From: an uncultured Halomonas sp.
Lineage (GTDB): Bacteria > Pseudomonadota > Gammaproteobacteria > Pseudomonadales > Halomonadaceae
Direction: 5' to 3'
Assembly (NCBI RefSeq): GCF_947501415.1
Contig: NZ_CANMVL010000022.1
Span: 2,873 to 66,872 of the forward strand
DNA length: 64,000 nucleotides
A program made the position numbers and the translations under genes. Below, piece after piece: positions 26,460-36,822 of the stretch. How positions within the stretch are numbered: position 1 is the first letter of the stretch; each line of letters starts with the position of its first letter. Below the pieces are notes generated by a model, which did no database searches, had not been told where the DNA came from, and saw only the letters and a list, made by a program, of their open reading frames with translations.

Positions 26460-28753
26460 GGCGTCGGCGCGTCCTCCTTGGGCGCCGGCCCACGATCATG
26501 CTGCTGCTGGCGTTGCTGGTACTGCTCTTCTTTGGCGGCATGTGGCTGCTCTCTTCGCTCAACTTGCGCTACGCCGAGGGGGCCCTCACCGAGCTGCGTG
26601 AGCGGCAGATCGTGGAAACCTTCAATGCCAACCTCGACCGCATCGATGCTCATCATCGACGAATGGAGCAGAATGGCTGGGGGTTGTCCCGGGCCGCCCT
26701 GCTACTGACCGAGATGGAGGCAGGCGAGGCCGAAGTCTCAGGTATCCTTAGGCAGACCCTGGAGGAGTTCACCGACGCCAGTGGGGCTACTCTTTGGCTT
26801 CCTCGGCTGTCACGGCCGATTGCCATGTTTGCTCATCGTGATGGTGAACAGGTGGTCGTCGAGCCCCTGGAGCGAGGCTGGTTGCAGGCGGACGCGCTAC
26901 AGCCCCGTCTCGATATCTGGCGTGAGGGCAGCCGCCACCCCCACTGGACCGGGGCCTACTTCAAGCCGCATATCAACGACGCGGTGGTCAGTGTCAGCGT
27001 GCCGGTACGGGATGGTGCCGGGCGAGTGGTGGGCATGGCGGGCAGCGACTGGATCGCCGACGATATCATCAGCATGGTCAGCGGTGTAAAGGTCACGCCG
27101 AATACCTTCGCCTTCCTGGTGGATAAGGACAATCGAAACCTCTCCAGCCTGGCGGTCGCCGAGGATCTGCAGCGTGCACAGCGACTGATCGAAGAGGTGT
27201 CGGCCCTTGAGTTAAATCGAGAGGTTGATGCCCTGTCGGCGGAAGAGGGCATGAAGCGTCTCGATCTCACCCTGGCGGGGCAGCGCTGGTCGCTCTATCA
27301 CGACGCGACCCGTGCCGGGATGGTGTTCGGCATTGCGGTGCCTCAGGCGGAAATCGATGCCGTTCTGGCGCCCATGCGCGGGGTCAACCTTCGTCTGCTG
27401 GCCGGCATCGGGCTGGCCCTGCTGCTGCTGGCGGGGGTGATCCTCTTCCTGGTGGCGGGACTGCTTCGCCAGTTGCGCACTCTCTATACCGATCCGCTGA
27501 CCGGGCTACCCAACCGAGCACGCCTGTTGACCGATCTCAAGGGGGCGCGCAAGGGCTCACTGATGTTGGTCAATGTCGACGGCTTCAAGCAGATCAATGA
27601 TCTGTTTGGCCATCAGTGTGGCGATCGCGTGATCCAGCGCCTGGCGGCGAGTCTTCAGGAGCTGCTGGAGGCGCACAGCTGTCATCACGGCCAGCTGTAT
27701 CGCATGCCGGGAGATGAGCATGCGGTCTGGTTGCCCGGCACCATGACGGACAGCTCCCTGCGTAGCACCGTTGAGGCTTTGCACCAGGCGCTGAGCGGGC
27801 TGCGGGTCGATTGGCGAGGACAGGAGCTCCCGGTGCAGTTATCCCTCGGGGTGGCCTCGACCTGGCGGCTCGAGGCGGGCCAGGACACCCTGTTGTCCTC
27901 GGCCAGCATCGCCCTCAAGCAAGCGCGTGTCGAATCACGCCCCTATGTGTTCTATGACCCGGCCGTGCAGGTGCGGCGCAACTATGAGCGCAATCTGGCC
28001 TGGGCCAATCGGCTGGGAGAGGCCCTGGATCAGGGCCGGGTCGTATCCTATTTTCAGCCGATCATGGATACGGTGAGCGGGCGTGTCGAAAAGTTCGAAT
28101 GTCTGGTGCGCATGCTGGAACGGGATGGTGAGGTGGTCGGCCCCGGTGCCTTCCTGGAGGTGGCCCGACGCAGCCGACTCTATCATCGCCTGACGCTGAC
28201 CATGGTAGATCGCTGCCTGGTCGCGCTGGACGAGACGCCCCACGAGTTCTCCTTGAACCTCTCAAGCGAGGACATCGTTGATCCGGAAATCAGCGAGGCA
28301 CTGTTGGCGCGGGTGGCCGAGAGTGGCGCCGGCGAACGACTCATCTTCGAGATCCTCGAGTCTGAGGGGATCGACAACTATGCCGCCGTGAGCGCCTTTA
28401 TCGTTCGCGCCAAGGCGCTGGGGGTACGGATCGCCATCGATGACTTCGGCAGTGGGTATTCGAACTTCGAGCATCTGCTGCGTCTCGACGTGGACCTGCT
28501 CAAGATCGACGGTAGCCTGGTGCGTCAGCTCGACACCGACAGCGATGCCGAGACTCTGATCCGGGGTATCGTAAGCTTTGCCCGTGAGATGGGCATCGTT
28601 ACGGTAGCGGAATTCGTTCACAACGCCGCGGTACTGGAAAGGGTGCAGGCATTGGGCGTGGACTTCGCCCAGGGGGCCTGCATCGGCATGCCCGGGGCTA
28701 ACCCGGAGTTCGCGACCCCCATCGGCGGGGTCCGTGCAAATCCTGTGAATTAG
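26456..28753 (+). CDS. Membrane Cache-GGDEF-EAL protein (probable c-di-GMP phosphodiesterase)
   Basis: Two TM segments flank a dCache-like region (HWTGAYF...VSVSVPV...GMAGSD). Then TDPLTGLPNR with a degenerate RMPGDEH, and an EAL domain with FECLVRM, IAIDDFGSGYS, LKIDGS and VAEFV. Confidence 0.88.
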   Translation: MRRRRVLLGRRPTIMLLLALLVLLFFGGMWLLSSLNLRYAEGALTELRERQIVETFNANLDRIDAHHRRMEQNGWGLSRAALLLTEMEAGEAEVSGILRQTLEEFTDASGATLWLPRLSRPIAMFAHRDGEQVVVEPLERGWLQADALQPRLDIWREGSRHPHWTGAYFKPHINDAVVSVSVPVRDGAGRVVGMAGSDWIADDIISMVSGVKVTPNTFAFLVDKDNRNLSSLAVAEDLQRAQRLIEEVSALELNREVDALSAEEGMKRLDLTLAGQRWSLYHDATRAGMVFGIAVPQAEIDAVLAPMRGVNLRLLAGIGLALLLLAGVILFLVAGLLRQLRTLYTDPLTGLPNRARLLTDLKGARKGSLMLVNVDGFKQINDLFGHQCGDRVIQRLAASLQELLEAHSCHHGQLYRMPGDEHAVWLPGTMTDSSLRSTVEALHQALSGLRVDWRGQELPVQLSLGVASTWRLEAGQDTLLSSASIALKQARVESRPYVFYDPAVQVRRNYERNLAWANRLGEALDQGRVVSYFQPIMDTVSGRVEKFECLVRMLERDGEVVGPGAFLEVARRSRLYHRLTLTMVDRCLVALDETPHEFSLNLSSEDIVDPEISEALLARVAESGAGERLIFEILESEGIDNYAAVSAFIVRAKALGVRIAIDDFGSGYSNFEHLLRLDVDLLKIDGSLVRQLDTDSDAETLIRGIVSFAREMGIVTVAEFVHNAAVLERVQALGVDFAQGACIGMPGANPEFATPIGGVRANPVN

Positions 28754-28863
28754 CCCCTGTCGGCGATGCAGGGGCAACGCAAAAGCCTTACCATGAGCGC
28801 CCGCCGCCTTATAGCAGGCTCACCCGCCTTGCCATGAGGCCCTCGCCGACAAGGAATGCCATC

Positions 28864-30105
28864 ATGCTGGATAGACTGCCCTTCCTGATCGGGTTGCGCT
28901 ATGTGCGCGCCAAGCGCCGCAACCACTTTATCTCCTTTATCTCGCTGACCTCCATGCTGGGGCTGATGCTCGGCGTGGCCGTGTTGATCCTGGTGCTATC
29001 GGTAATGAACGGCTTTGATCATGAGTTGCGCACGCGCATCCTGGGCATGGTGCCCCATACCAAGATCGAGTCGCGCACCGGCATGGTGGAGTGGGAAGCG
29101 CTGGCCGAGCGGCTGATGGAGCGCGAACGGGTCATCGGTGCCGCTCCCTACGTGGAGCAGCAGGGGATGTTCTCGGTGGGGGGGCGCAACGAAGGTGCCA
29201 TGGTCAACGGCATCCACCCGGAGTGGGAAGACAGGGTATCGATCATCGGCGAGAACATGCAGCAGGGCAGCCTTGCCGATCTCGAGCCCGGCGAATGGAA
29301 TATCGTGCTCGGCTCCATCCTGGCGCGGCGCCTGGGGGTCGGGGTCGGCGATCGCGTTACCCTGCTGGTGCCCGAGGCCTCGATCACTCCGGCCGGCGTC
29401 TTCCCGAGACTCAAGCGCTTCACCGTCAGCGGTGTCTTCAGCGTCGGGGCCGATCTCGACGCCGCCCTGGCCTATGCCCATATCGAGGATATGCAGACCC
29501 TGGCGCGACTGGGGGATGCCGTGGGCGGGCTGCGCCTGGAGCTCGATGACCTGTTCGCCGCCAGCGCCGAGACGCGGGCGATCGTCAACGAGCTGGGGGC
29601 TGGCTACCGCGGCTACGACTGGACCTTCTCCCACGGCAATCTCTTCCAGGCGATCCAGATGGAGAAGCGCATGATCGCGCTGCTGCTGACGGTGATCATC
29701 GCCGTGGCGGCCTTCAATATCGTCTCGACGCTGGTCATGGTAGTCACCGACAAGCACGCCGATATCGCCATCCTGCGCACCATCGGGGCCACGCCTCGGT
29801 CGATCATGGGCATCTTCGTGGTCCAGGGCCTGGCCATCGGCATCATCGGCATTCTGGTGGGGGTGGGGCTTGGCGTGCTGCTGGCGCTGACCATCTCCGA
29901 CATCATCGACTGGGTCGAGACGGTGTTCGGGATCCAGTTCCTCGACGCCGGTGTCTACTTTATCAGCAACCTCCCTTCGCGACTCCACTGGGATGATGTG
30001 GGCAATATCGTCGCCTCGGCCCTGGTGCTGACCTTCTTCTCCACCCTCTATCCGGCATGGCGGGCTGCCCGCGTGCAGCCGGCGGAGGTGTTGCGCTATG
30101 AGTAA
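28864..30105 (+). CDS. lolE: Lipoprotein-releasing ABC transporter permease (single LolC/E, LolF-like)
   Basis: GLRYVRAKRRNHFISFIS, LSVMNGF, VAAFNIVSTLVMVVTDK and [19 protein letters not shown]. Confidence 0.9.
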   Translation: MLDRLPFLIGLRYVRAKRRNHFISFISLTSMLGLMLGVAVLILVLSVMNGFDHELRTRILGMVPHTKIESRTGMVEWEALAERLMERERVIGAAPYVEQQGMFSVGGRNEGAMVNGIHPEWEDRVSIIGENMQQGSLADLEPGEWNIVLGSILARRLGVGVGDRVTLLVPEASITPAGVFPRLKRFTVSGVFSVGADLDAALAYAHIEDMQTLARLGDAVGGLRLELDDLFAASAETRAIVNELGAGYRGYDWTFSHGNLFQAIQMEKRMIALLLTVIIAVAAFNIVSTLVMVVTDKHADIAILRTIGATPRSIMGIFVVQGLAIGIIGILVGVGLGVLLALTISDIIDWVETVFGIQFLDAGVYFISNLPSRLHWDDVGNIVASALVLTFFSTLYPAWRAARVQPAEVLRYE

Positions 30106-30835
30106 CGCTTCGAGCCTCAATCAGGAGATTTCCATGCAACGTACCTTCGGGCAGACGATGCTGGAGTGTCACGACCTGACGCGTATCTACCGCGAGGGTC
30201 CCCAGGACATTACCGTGCTCGATGGTCTTTCCCTTACCGTCAATGCCGGTGAGCGGGTCGCCGTCGTCGGCAGTTCGGGGTCAGGCAAGACCACCCTGCT
30301 CAACCTGTTGGGGGGGCTGGACCGGCCGAGCCGCGGCGAGGTACGCATCGCCGGAGAGTCACTGTCGAGCCTTGGCGAGGCGGCACTCGGGCGGTTTCGC
30401 AATCAGCATATCGGCTTTGTCTATCAGTTCCACCATCTGCTGGCCGAGTTCACCGCCGTCGAGAATGCGGCCTTGCCCCTGATCGTGCGTGGTCAGCGCA
30501 AGAAGGTTGCCGAGACCGCTGCCATGCAACTGTTGGAGAAGGTCGGCATGGCATCACGCGCCGACCACAAGCCCGGTGAGCTCTCGGGCGGCGAGCGACA
30601 GCGGGTGGCGATCGCCCGGGCGCTTGTCACCGACCCCAGTCTGGTGCTGATGGATGAACCCACCGGCAATCTGGATCAGCACACCGCGGCCGGGATCCTG
30701 GCATTGATGGATGAGTTGGCCCGCACCACCGCCTGCGCCTTTGTCATCGTCACCCACGACCCGGCCCTGGCGGCCCATCAGGACCGGGTCCTGCGTCTCG
30801 ATGATGGACGCCTGAGCGAGCAGCCACGCGGGTAG
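30098..30835 (+). CDS. lolD: Lipoprotein-releasing ABC transporter ATP-binding protein
   Basis: [44 protein letters not shown] and DEPTGNLD. Confidence 0.95.
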   Translation: MSNASSLNQEISMQRTFGQTMLECHDLTRIYREGPQDITVLDGLSLTVNAGERVAVVGSSGSGKTTLLNLLGGLDRPSRGEVRIAGESLSSLGEAALGRFRNQHIGFVYQFHHLLAEFTAVENAALPLIVRGQRKKVAETAAMQLLEKVGMASRADHKPGELSGGERQRVAIARALVTDPSLVLMDEPTGNLDQHTAAGILALMDELARTTACAFVIVTHDPALAAHQDRVLRLDDGRLSEQPRG

Positions 30836-30945
30836 GCAACCCTGTGGGTCAAGTTTGGCCCGGATTGCGGCGGCCGCCTCTTGAGGCGGCCGCTCGTGTT
30901 GGGGTGCAGAAGGCGGTGACCCCGGGGACTGAGGGGTTTACACCG

Positions 30946-31491
30946 CTAGAGGGTGTCGTCACAGCCGGCCCGGCGCCGGCGCCGATGGCGAGCCTTCCAG
31001 CTTCGCGAGACCTGCCAGCGCCACAGCAGCCGCACCGCCAGGTTGCCGGCGAGGGCCAGCACCACCGCCATGACCACCGAGCCGACCGCCAGGGCGGGCA
31101 GGATATCGCCGAGACGTTCGGCGACCCAGTGGGGTGAGAGGCGCTCGGGGGCCTCCCGGCCGGGGGCGTTCATCAGCCAGGCCCCGAGGCGGTAGTTGGC
31201 ATAGAAGATCAGCGGCATGGTCAGCGGGTTGGTGACCCATACCAGCCCTACCGAGAGGGGCAGATTGCAACGTGCCAGCTTGGCACCACCGGCGGCGATG
31301 GCCATCTGCAGGGGGATCGGCAGCATGGCGCTGAACAGGCCCACCGAGAAGGCATTGGCCACGCTGCGACGGCTCAGCACCCAGAGTGCGGGGTCGCCGA
31401 TCAGGGCACTCATGAAGCGTAGCGAGCGCTGACGCCTCAGGGCGTCCGGGTGTGGCATATAGCGCTGTAGCAGGCGGCGCGGCATGGGCAC
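30946..31491 (-). CDS. DUF2062-family membrane protein
   Basis: MPRRLLQRYMP...LSRRSVANAFSVGLF...NPLTMPLIFY; conserved position between lolD and comEC. Confidence 0.85.
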   Translation of the reverse strand: MPMPRRLLQRYMPHPDALRRQRSLRFMSALIGDPALWVLSRRSVANAFSVGLFSAMLPIPLQMAIAAGGAKLARCNLPLSVGLVWVTNPLTMPLIFYANYRLGAWLMNAPGREAPERLSPHWVAERLGDILPALAVGSVVMAVVLALAGNLAVRLLWRWQVSRSWKARHRRRRRAGCDDTL

Positions 31492-31597
31492 TGGTTCGTG
31501 GCATCGTGACCTGGCCTATTATCCATACAAGACTGCGGGGCCGCACCTGTGGTCTTCCTCGTCATGGGGCCTCGGCCCCGATTGCCGGAGCCGGGCA

Positions 31598-33880
31598 ATG
31601 CCAAGAGGATGGGCCCTTCCCCTGGCCCTTGCCGCGCTGTCGGGTATCGGGCTGGGGGCCAATCCGCCGCCGGGTCTCGCCGAAGGGTTGGGGCTGGCGC
31701 TGCTGGTGGCGCTGGCCCTGCGCTGGCGAGGTGCGGTGGCGGGTGTGTTGGTGGTCGCCTGGATGGCGAGCGCCGTGCTGATCTTGCAGGGCGGGCAGCT
31801 TCCCTCCGGGCTCGGCGGGGTCGACCTGATGCTGGAGGGTCGACTCGAGTCGGTGGTCGAGCGGGGCAGGGTGACACGACTCGGCGTCAGCGTGGAGCGT
31901 TGCCAACCCCTTCACTCACACCGGCTGCCCTGTCGGCGCCTGAATCGGGTTCGTCTCAACGCCTATGCCCCGCCTCCCATGATGGCCGGTGAACGCTGGC
32001 GGTTCACCGTCAGGCTGAGGCCGCCCGGCGGGCTCGCCAATCCCGGCGCCTTCGACTATCGCGCCTGGTTATGGCGCGAAGGCATCCAGGCCACCGGCTA
32101 TGTTCGTCAATCCCCGGCGCCGCAGCGACTCGCGGCAGCCACTGCAGATCCGCGGCAGATGGCGCTGACGCTGCTCGATCACCAGGAGCTTCCTTCTCGG
32201 GCGGGTCGCTGGCTGGCCGCCCTGACCCTGGGAGCCAGCGAGCGACTCTCCGATGGCGATTGGGCGCTGCTTAATGCCAGTGGCACCACCCACTTGATGG
32301 TGATCTCCGGGCTTCATGTGAGCCTGGTGGCGGGTGTCGTGCTGCTGCTGGGGCGAGGCGTGGCACGCCTGCTGACACCGGGGCGCTGGCGTCTGGCGGT
32401 ATGGCCCTGGTGGCTGGCGGCGCTGGGGGCAAGCGGCTACGCGCTGCTGGCCGGGCTCGAGCCGCCGGCGCTGCGAGCCCTGGTCATGGCTTTGGTGGGC
32501 CTCTGGGTGGCGAGCGGGCGTCATGCACCGGGGCCCTGGCAGGGGTGGTGGCTGGCACTCGCCGTGGTGCTGCTGCTCGACCCACTCGGTGCCTGGCGAC
32601 CGGGACTGTGGCTCTCCTTCGCTGCGGTGGCCATGCTGATTCTTCTCTGGCAGGGCAGGCCGCGCCCGCGGGGAGTACGTGGCTGGTTGTGGGGGCTGGT
32701 GCGCACTCAGCTGATGCTGGCACCGGCAATGGCGGGTGCTGTGTTGCTGGCCTTCGACCGCCTGGCGCCGGCCGCGCCGCTGGTCAACCTCATCGCGGTG
32801 CCGCTGATAAGCAGCCTGTTGGTTCCTCTGGGGCTTCTGGGCTGGCTGTTGGCGCCCCTGCCGGGCGTGATGGCTGCCTGCTGGTGGCTGTTTGCCCGGC
32901 TGACGGATGGCCTGGCCCGGCTGCTGGAGGCGATGGTCGCATGGCTGCCGCTCTGGTATCCCGAACCGGGGCAGACATTGCCGGTGGCGCTGTCGCTGCT
33001 GGTGTTGGCCATGCTGTGGGGAGTGCCCGGCCTCGACAGGCGCCTGCGCATTGTCGCCACCCTGCTGCTGGGGCTGGTTCCGCTGCTCTGGCAAGCCCCA
33101 CGCCTGCCGCCAGGGGAGGTGGAGGTCAGGGTCCATGACGTGGGTCAGGGGCTGCTGGTGGAGCTGCGAACTCGGGACTATCGACTGCTCTATGATACCG
33201 GGCCACGTTTCGCGTCGGGGTTCACACCGCTGGAGACCCTGTGGCCTGGAGCGCAAGCCTTCGACATGGTGATCCTCAGCCATGACGACAACGACCATGT
33301 CGGCGGGGTGGCGACTCTCCACGCCCTGCACGACGTCGAGCGCTACCTGGGACCGCCCGCCGCGCTGCCGGGGGAGTGGGTCGAGCCCTGTCAGGCCGGA
33401 CGTCAGTGGCGGCGTGATGACGTCGATTTCCGTCTGCTGTGGCCACCGGCCTCAGCCCGGGGGCTTGCGGACAATGAGCGCTCCTGCGTGCTGGAGGTCA
33501 CGGCGGGTGATCATCGCCTGCTGCTCAGCGGCGACCTGGGCAGGGAGTACGAGCTTCGGTTGCTTAACCAGGTAAGCGGCCCCGTAAGCGTGCTGTTGGC
33601 CGGCCATCATGGCAGCGCAACCAGTTCCGGAACGGCGCTGGTCAACGCGCTCGTGCCTCTCCATCTGGTGTACAGCGTGGGGCGGCACAACCCCTTCGGC
33701 CATCCCGCTCCCGAGGTGGTCAGGCGCTTTCGGCGTGCCGGGGCCTGCCAGTGGAGTACCGGCCTTGACGGCGCCCTCACGTTTCGTCTCGGAGGGAGAG
33801 AGCTGGTGGGGCCGAGTGCGGCACGCGCCGGCATCCGGCCCGGTGTCGATTGCGGGCAGCTTGCGTTAGAATCGCCGTAA
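31598..33880 (+). CDS. comEC: DNA internalization competence protein ComEC/Rec2
   Basis: OB-like region with NPGAFDY, SGTTHLMVISGLH competence domain, and metallo-beta-lactamase domain DVGQG, SHDDNDHVGG, GHHGS, HPAPEVV. Confidence 0.9.
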   Translation: MPRGWALPLALAALSGIGLGANPPPGLAEGLGLALLVALALRWRGAVAGVLVVAWMASAVLILQGGQLPSGLGGVDLMLEGRLESVVERGRVTRLGVSVERCQPLHSHRLPCRRLNRVRLNAYAPPPMMAGERWRFTVRLRPPGGLANPGAFDYRAWLWREGIQATGYVRQSPAPQRLAAATADPRQMALTLLDHQELPSRAGRWLAALTLGASERLSDGDWALLNASGTTHLMVISGLHVSLVAGVVLLLGRGVARLLTPGRWRLAVWPWWLAALGASGYALLAGLEPPALRALVMALVGLWVASGRHAPGPWQGWWLALAVVLLLDPLGAWRPGLWLSFAAVAMLILLWQGRPRPRGVRGWLWGLVRTQLMLAPAMAGAVLLAFDRLAPAAPLVNLIAVPLISSLLVPLGLLGWLLAPLPGVMAACWWLFARLTDGLARLLEAMVAWLPLWYPEPGQTLPVALSLLVLAMLWGVPGLDRRLRIVATLLLGLVPLLWQAPRLPPGEVEVRVHDVGQGLLVELRTRDYRLLYDTGPRFASGFTPLETLWPGAQAFDMVILSHDDNDHVGGVATLHALHDVERYLGPPAALPGEWVEPCQAGRQWRRDDVDFRLLWPPASARGLADNERSCVLEVTAGDHRLLLSGDLGREYELRLLNQVSGPVSVLLAGHHGSATSSGTALVNALVPLHLVYSVGRHNPFGHPAPEVVRRFRRAGACQWSTGLDGALTFRLGGRELVGPSAARAGIRPGVDCGQLALESP

Positions 33881-33920
33881 ACGCGGTGGGATGACCGCGG
33901 CTACCGGAGAGGATGTGCGC

Positions 33921-34619
33921 ATGGACATGATGGAGGCCCTGATCGCCGGGGGCTGGCTGATGCTGCCGCTGCTGGGCTGCTCGTTGCTGGCTACGGTCAT
34001 CATCATCGAGCGTCTGTGGACCCTGCGCTCCGGGCGCATTGCCCCGCATGGGTTGGGCCAGGAGGTGTGCAGCCTGATTACCCGTGGCCAGGTCAACCTC
34101 TACTGGTTGGAGAGTCACTCACCCCTGGGTGGCGTGCTTGCCGCCGGCCTGCGCAACGCCGGACTCGGCCATGAACAGGTCAGGTCGCGACTGACCGAAG
34201 CCGCCACCGCGGTGATTCACGATATGGAGCGTTTCCTCAACCCGCTGGGTACCATCGCGGCCATCGCTCCGTTGATCGGCCTGCTCGGTACCGTGGTCGG
34301 CATGATCGAGGTCTTTGCGGTGATCGTTGCGGGTGATGGGGCGAGTCGTACCGCCGATCTGGCCGGTGGCATCTCCCAGGCGCTGGTGACCACCGCCGCG
34401 GGCCTTACCGTGGCGATCCCCGCGCTGATGTTTCACCGCTATTTCCAGCGCCGGGTCGAGGACATCACCGTTCGCATGGAGGAGCAGGCAGGCCAGGTGG
34501 TGGAGTTCCTGGCCCACCATGGCGGCGCCATCAGCCTGGCCGAAGGCCAGACCCCGGCCCGTGATGCCGAGCGCGTGGAGGCCGATGGTCGCCTGGCGCC
34601 AGAGGTGAGGCACTCGTGA
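33921..34619 (+). CDS. exbB: MotA/TolQ/ExbB proton channel protein
   Basis: GGWLMLPL, LGTIAAIAPLIGLLGTVVGMI and GGISQALVTTAAGL. Confidence 0.9.
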   Translation: MDMMEALIAGGWLMLPLLGCSLLATVIIIERLWTLRSGRIAPHGLGQEVCSLITRGQVNLYWLESHSPLGGVLAAGLRNAGLGHEQVRSRLTEAATAVIHDMERFLNPLGTIAAIAPLIGLLGTVVGMIEVFAVIVAGDGASRTADLAGGISQALVTTAAGLTVAIPALMFHRYFQRRVEDITVRMEEQAGQVVEFLAHHGGAISLAEGQTPARDAERVEADGRLAPEVRHS

Positions 34620-35053
34620 GGTTTCCGCGACGACGGCGTGACCCGGTGGAGGTGAACCTCACCCCACTGATCGATGTGGTGTTTCTGCTGCTCATCTTCT
34701 TCATGGTATCGACGACCTTCGAGACGCGCCAGGCGCTCGAGCTCACCCTGCCGGAGTCGCTCTCCGGCAGTGCCGCCGAGCCTTCGCCGTTGACGCTGGT
34801 GGTCACCGCCGAGGGGAACTATCGGCTGGGCGCGCGCGTCCTGGACGCCGACTCCCTGGGATCGGCCCTGGCCGACGAGGCGGATCAGGGACGCGAGCAT
34901 GGCCTGGTAATAGAGGCGGATGCCCAGGCCCGCCATGCCGACGTGGTGCGAGCCCTCGACCAGGCTGGCCTGAACGGCATTCAGCGTGTACGTATCGCCA
35001 CCACGGAGCGTGCAGCGCACAACACCTCACCCAGACCAGCGGAGACACCGTGA
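34616..35053 (+). CDS. exbD: ExbD/TolR biopolymer transport protein
   Basis: EVNLTPLIDVVFLLLIFFMVSTTF and IEADAQARH. Confidence 0.92.
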   Translation: MRFPRRRRDPVEVNLTPLIDVVFLLLIFFMVSTTFETRQALELTLPESLSGSAAEPSPLTLVVTAEGNYRLGARVLDADSLGSALADEADQGREHGLVIEADAQARHADVVRALDQAGLNGIQRVRIATTERAAHNTSPRPAETP

Positions 35054-36822
35054 CTCCCACCGGGACTACTCAACACGCCTCCCAGCAGTCGAGCCTGACG
35101 CTCTATCGCCGTCTGCTGCGCTATGTGCGCCCCTACTGGCGCTCCTTTGCCCTGGCCATCTTCGGCTATGCCATCTATGCCGCCTCCAGTACTGCCCTGG
35201 CGGAGATGATGAAGCGTCTGATCGACGGGATTCAGGAACCAGATGCCGCCTTTCGGCTGTTCCTGCCGCTCTTCGTGGTGGGGATGTTTGCCGCACGAGG
35301 GCTGGGGACCTTCCTCGGTACCTACTTCATGAGCAATGTGGCACGCAACGTCGTGCATGTATTGCGCTGCGATGTCTTCAATCACATGTTGCACCTGCCG
35401 GGTCGTTTCTTCGATAGCCACTCCAGCGGACATCTCATCTCGCGGGTGACCTACCACGTCGAGCAGGTCACCGGCGCGGCCACCAAGGCGGTGACCATAC
35501 TGCTTCGCGAGGGGCTCTTCGTGATCGGCCTGGTCATCTATCTGCTGTGGACCAACTGGATGCTGACCCTGCTGTTTCTGGCGGTGACGCCATTGATCGG
35601 TGGGGTGGTGAGCTATACCAGCAAGCGCTTCCGACGCCTCTCGGGGCGTATCCAGGCCTCCATGGGCGAGGTGACCCATGTGGCGTCAGAGGCGCTCTCG
35701 GGTTACCGGGTGGTGCGTACCCATGGCGCCGAGGCCTATGAGAAGGCCCGCTTCGCCAAGGTGAGTGACTACAATCGTCAGCAGAGCCTCAAGGAGGCAC
35801 TGACCAAGGCGGTCAGCACCCCGGTGATCCAGCTGCTGGTGGCCCTGGCCCTGGCGGTGCTGGTGTGGCTGGCCATGTCACCGGCGCTGATGGCCAACAT
35901 GACCGCCGGCGAGTTCGTGGCCTTTATTACTGCCGCCTCGCTGATGGCCAAGCCGGTGAGACAGCTCACCGAGATCAACAGCGAGATCCAGAAGGGGCTG
36001 GCCGCCTCGTCGGAGCTGTTCGGCCTGCTCGAGGAGCCGGCCGAGCCCGACGAGGGGACCCATGAGCCCGCAAGGCTTGCCGGCCGAGTCACGCTGGAAG
36101 GGGTGACCTTTCGCTACGCCGAGGGGCAGCCGGAGGTGTTGAAGGGCATCGATCTCGAGGTGGCCGAAGGCGAGATGGTGGCGATCGTTGGGCGCTCGGG
36201 CAGCGGCAAGTCGACCCTGGTGGGGTTGCTGCCGCGGTTCTATCGCCCGAGTGCCGGCCGGGTCCTGATCGATGATGTTCCCCTGGATGCGTACCGCCTG
36301 GCGCCGTTGCGCCGCCAGATCGCGCTGGTCTCTCAGCAGGTGACACTGTTCAACTCAAGCATCGCCGCGAATATCGCCTATGGGGTGGAAAACCCCGATC
36401 CGGCGGCCATCGAGGCGGCGGCACGCTCTGCCCATGCCCATGAATTTATCGAGCGCCTGCCCCAGGGATATGCAACGGTCGTCGGCGACAACGGCGTGAT
36501 GCTCTCCGGCGGGCAGCGCCAACGGCTGGCCATCGCCCGGGCGATCTTCAAGGATGCGCCGCTGCTGATCCTCGATGAGGCCACCTCGGCGCTGGATACC
36601 GAGTCCGAGCGTCATATCCAGGCGGCACTGGAAGAGGTCTGCAAGGGGCGCACGACGCTGGTGATCGCCCATCGTCTCTCCACCATCGAGCGCGCCGACC
36701 GTATCCTGGTCATGGAGCAGGGCGAGATCATTGAGCAGGGCAGTCATGCCGAACTGCTGGCGCGTGACGGAGCCTATGCGGCCCTGCATCGCCTGCAGTT
36801 TCAGGACGCCGATCCGGCATGA
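35050..36822 (+). CDS. msbA: Lipid A export ATP-binding/permease protein
   Basis: ABC TMD plus NBD (GRSGSGKSTL, LSGGQRQRLAIARA, LDEATSALDTESE), upstream of lpxK. Confidence 0.95.
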   Translation: MTPTGTTQHASQQSSLTLYRRLLRYVRPYWRSFALAIFGYAIYAASSTALAEMMKRLIDGIQEPDAAFRLFLPLFVVGMFAARGLGTFLGTYFMSNVARNVVHVLRCDVFNHMLHLPGRFFDSHSSGHLISRVTYHVEQVTGAATKAVTILLREGLFVIGLVIYLLWTNWMLTLLFLAVTPLIGGVVSYTSKRFRRLSGRIQASMGEVTHVASEALSGYRVVRTHGAEAYEKARFAKVSDYNRQQSLKEALTKAVSTPVIQLLVALALAVLVWLAMSPALMANMTAGEFVAFITAASLMAKPVRQLTEINSEIQKGLAASSELFGLLEEPAEPDEGTHEPARLAGRVTLEGVTFRYAEGQPEVLKGIDLEVAEGEMVAIVGRSGSGKSTLVGLLPRFYRPSAGRVLIDDVPLDAYRLAPLRRQIALVSQQVTLFNSSIAANIAYGVENPDPAAIEAAARSAHAHEFIERLPQGYATVVGDNGVMLSGGQRQRLAIARAIFKDAPLLILDEATSALDTESERHIQAALEEVCKGRTTLVIAHRLSTIERADRILVMEQGEIIEQGSHAELLARDGAYAALHRLQFQDADPA

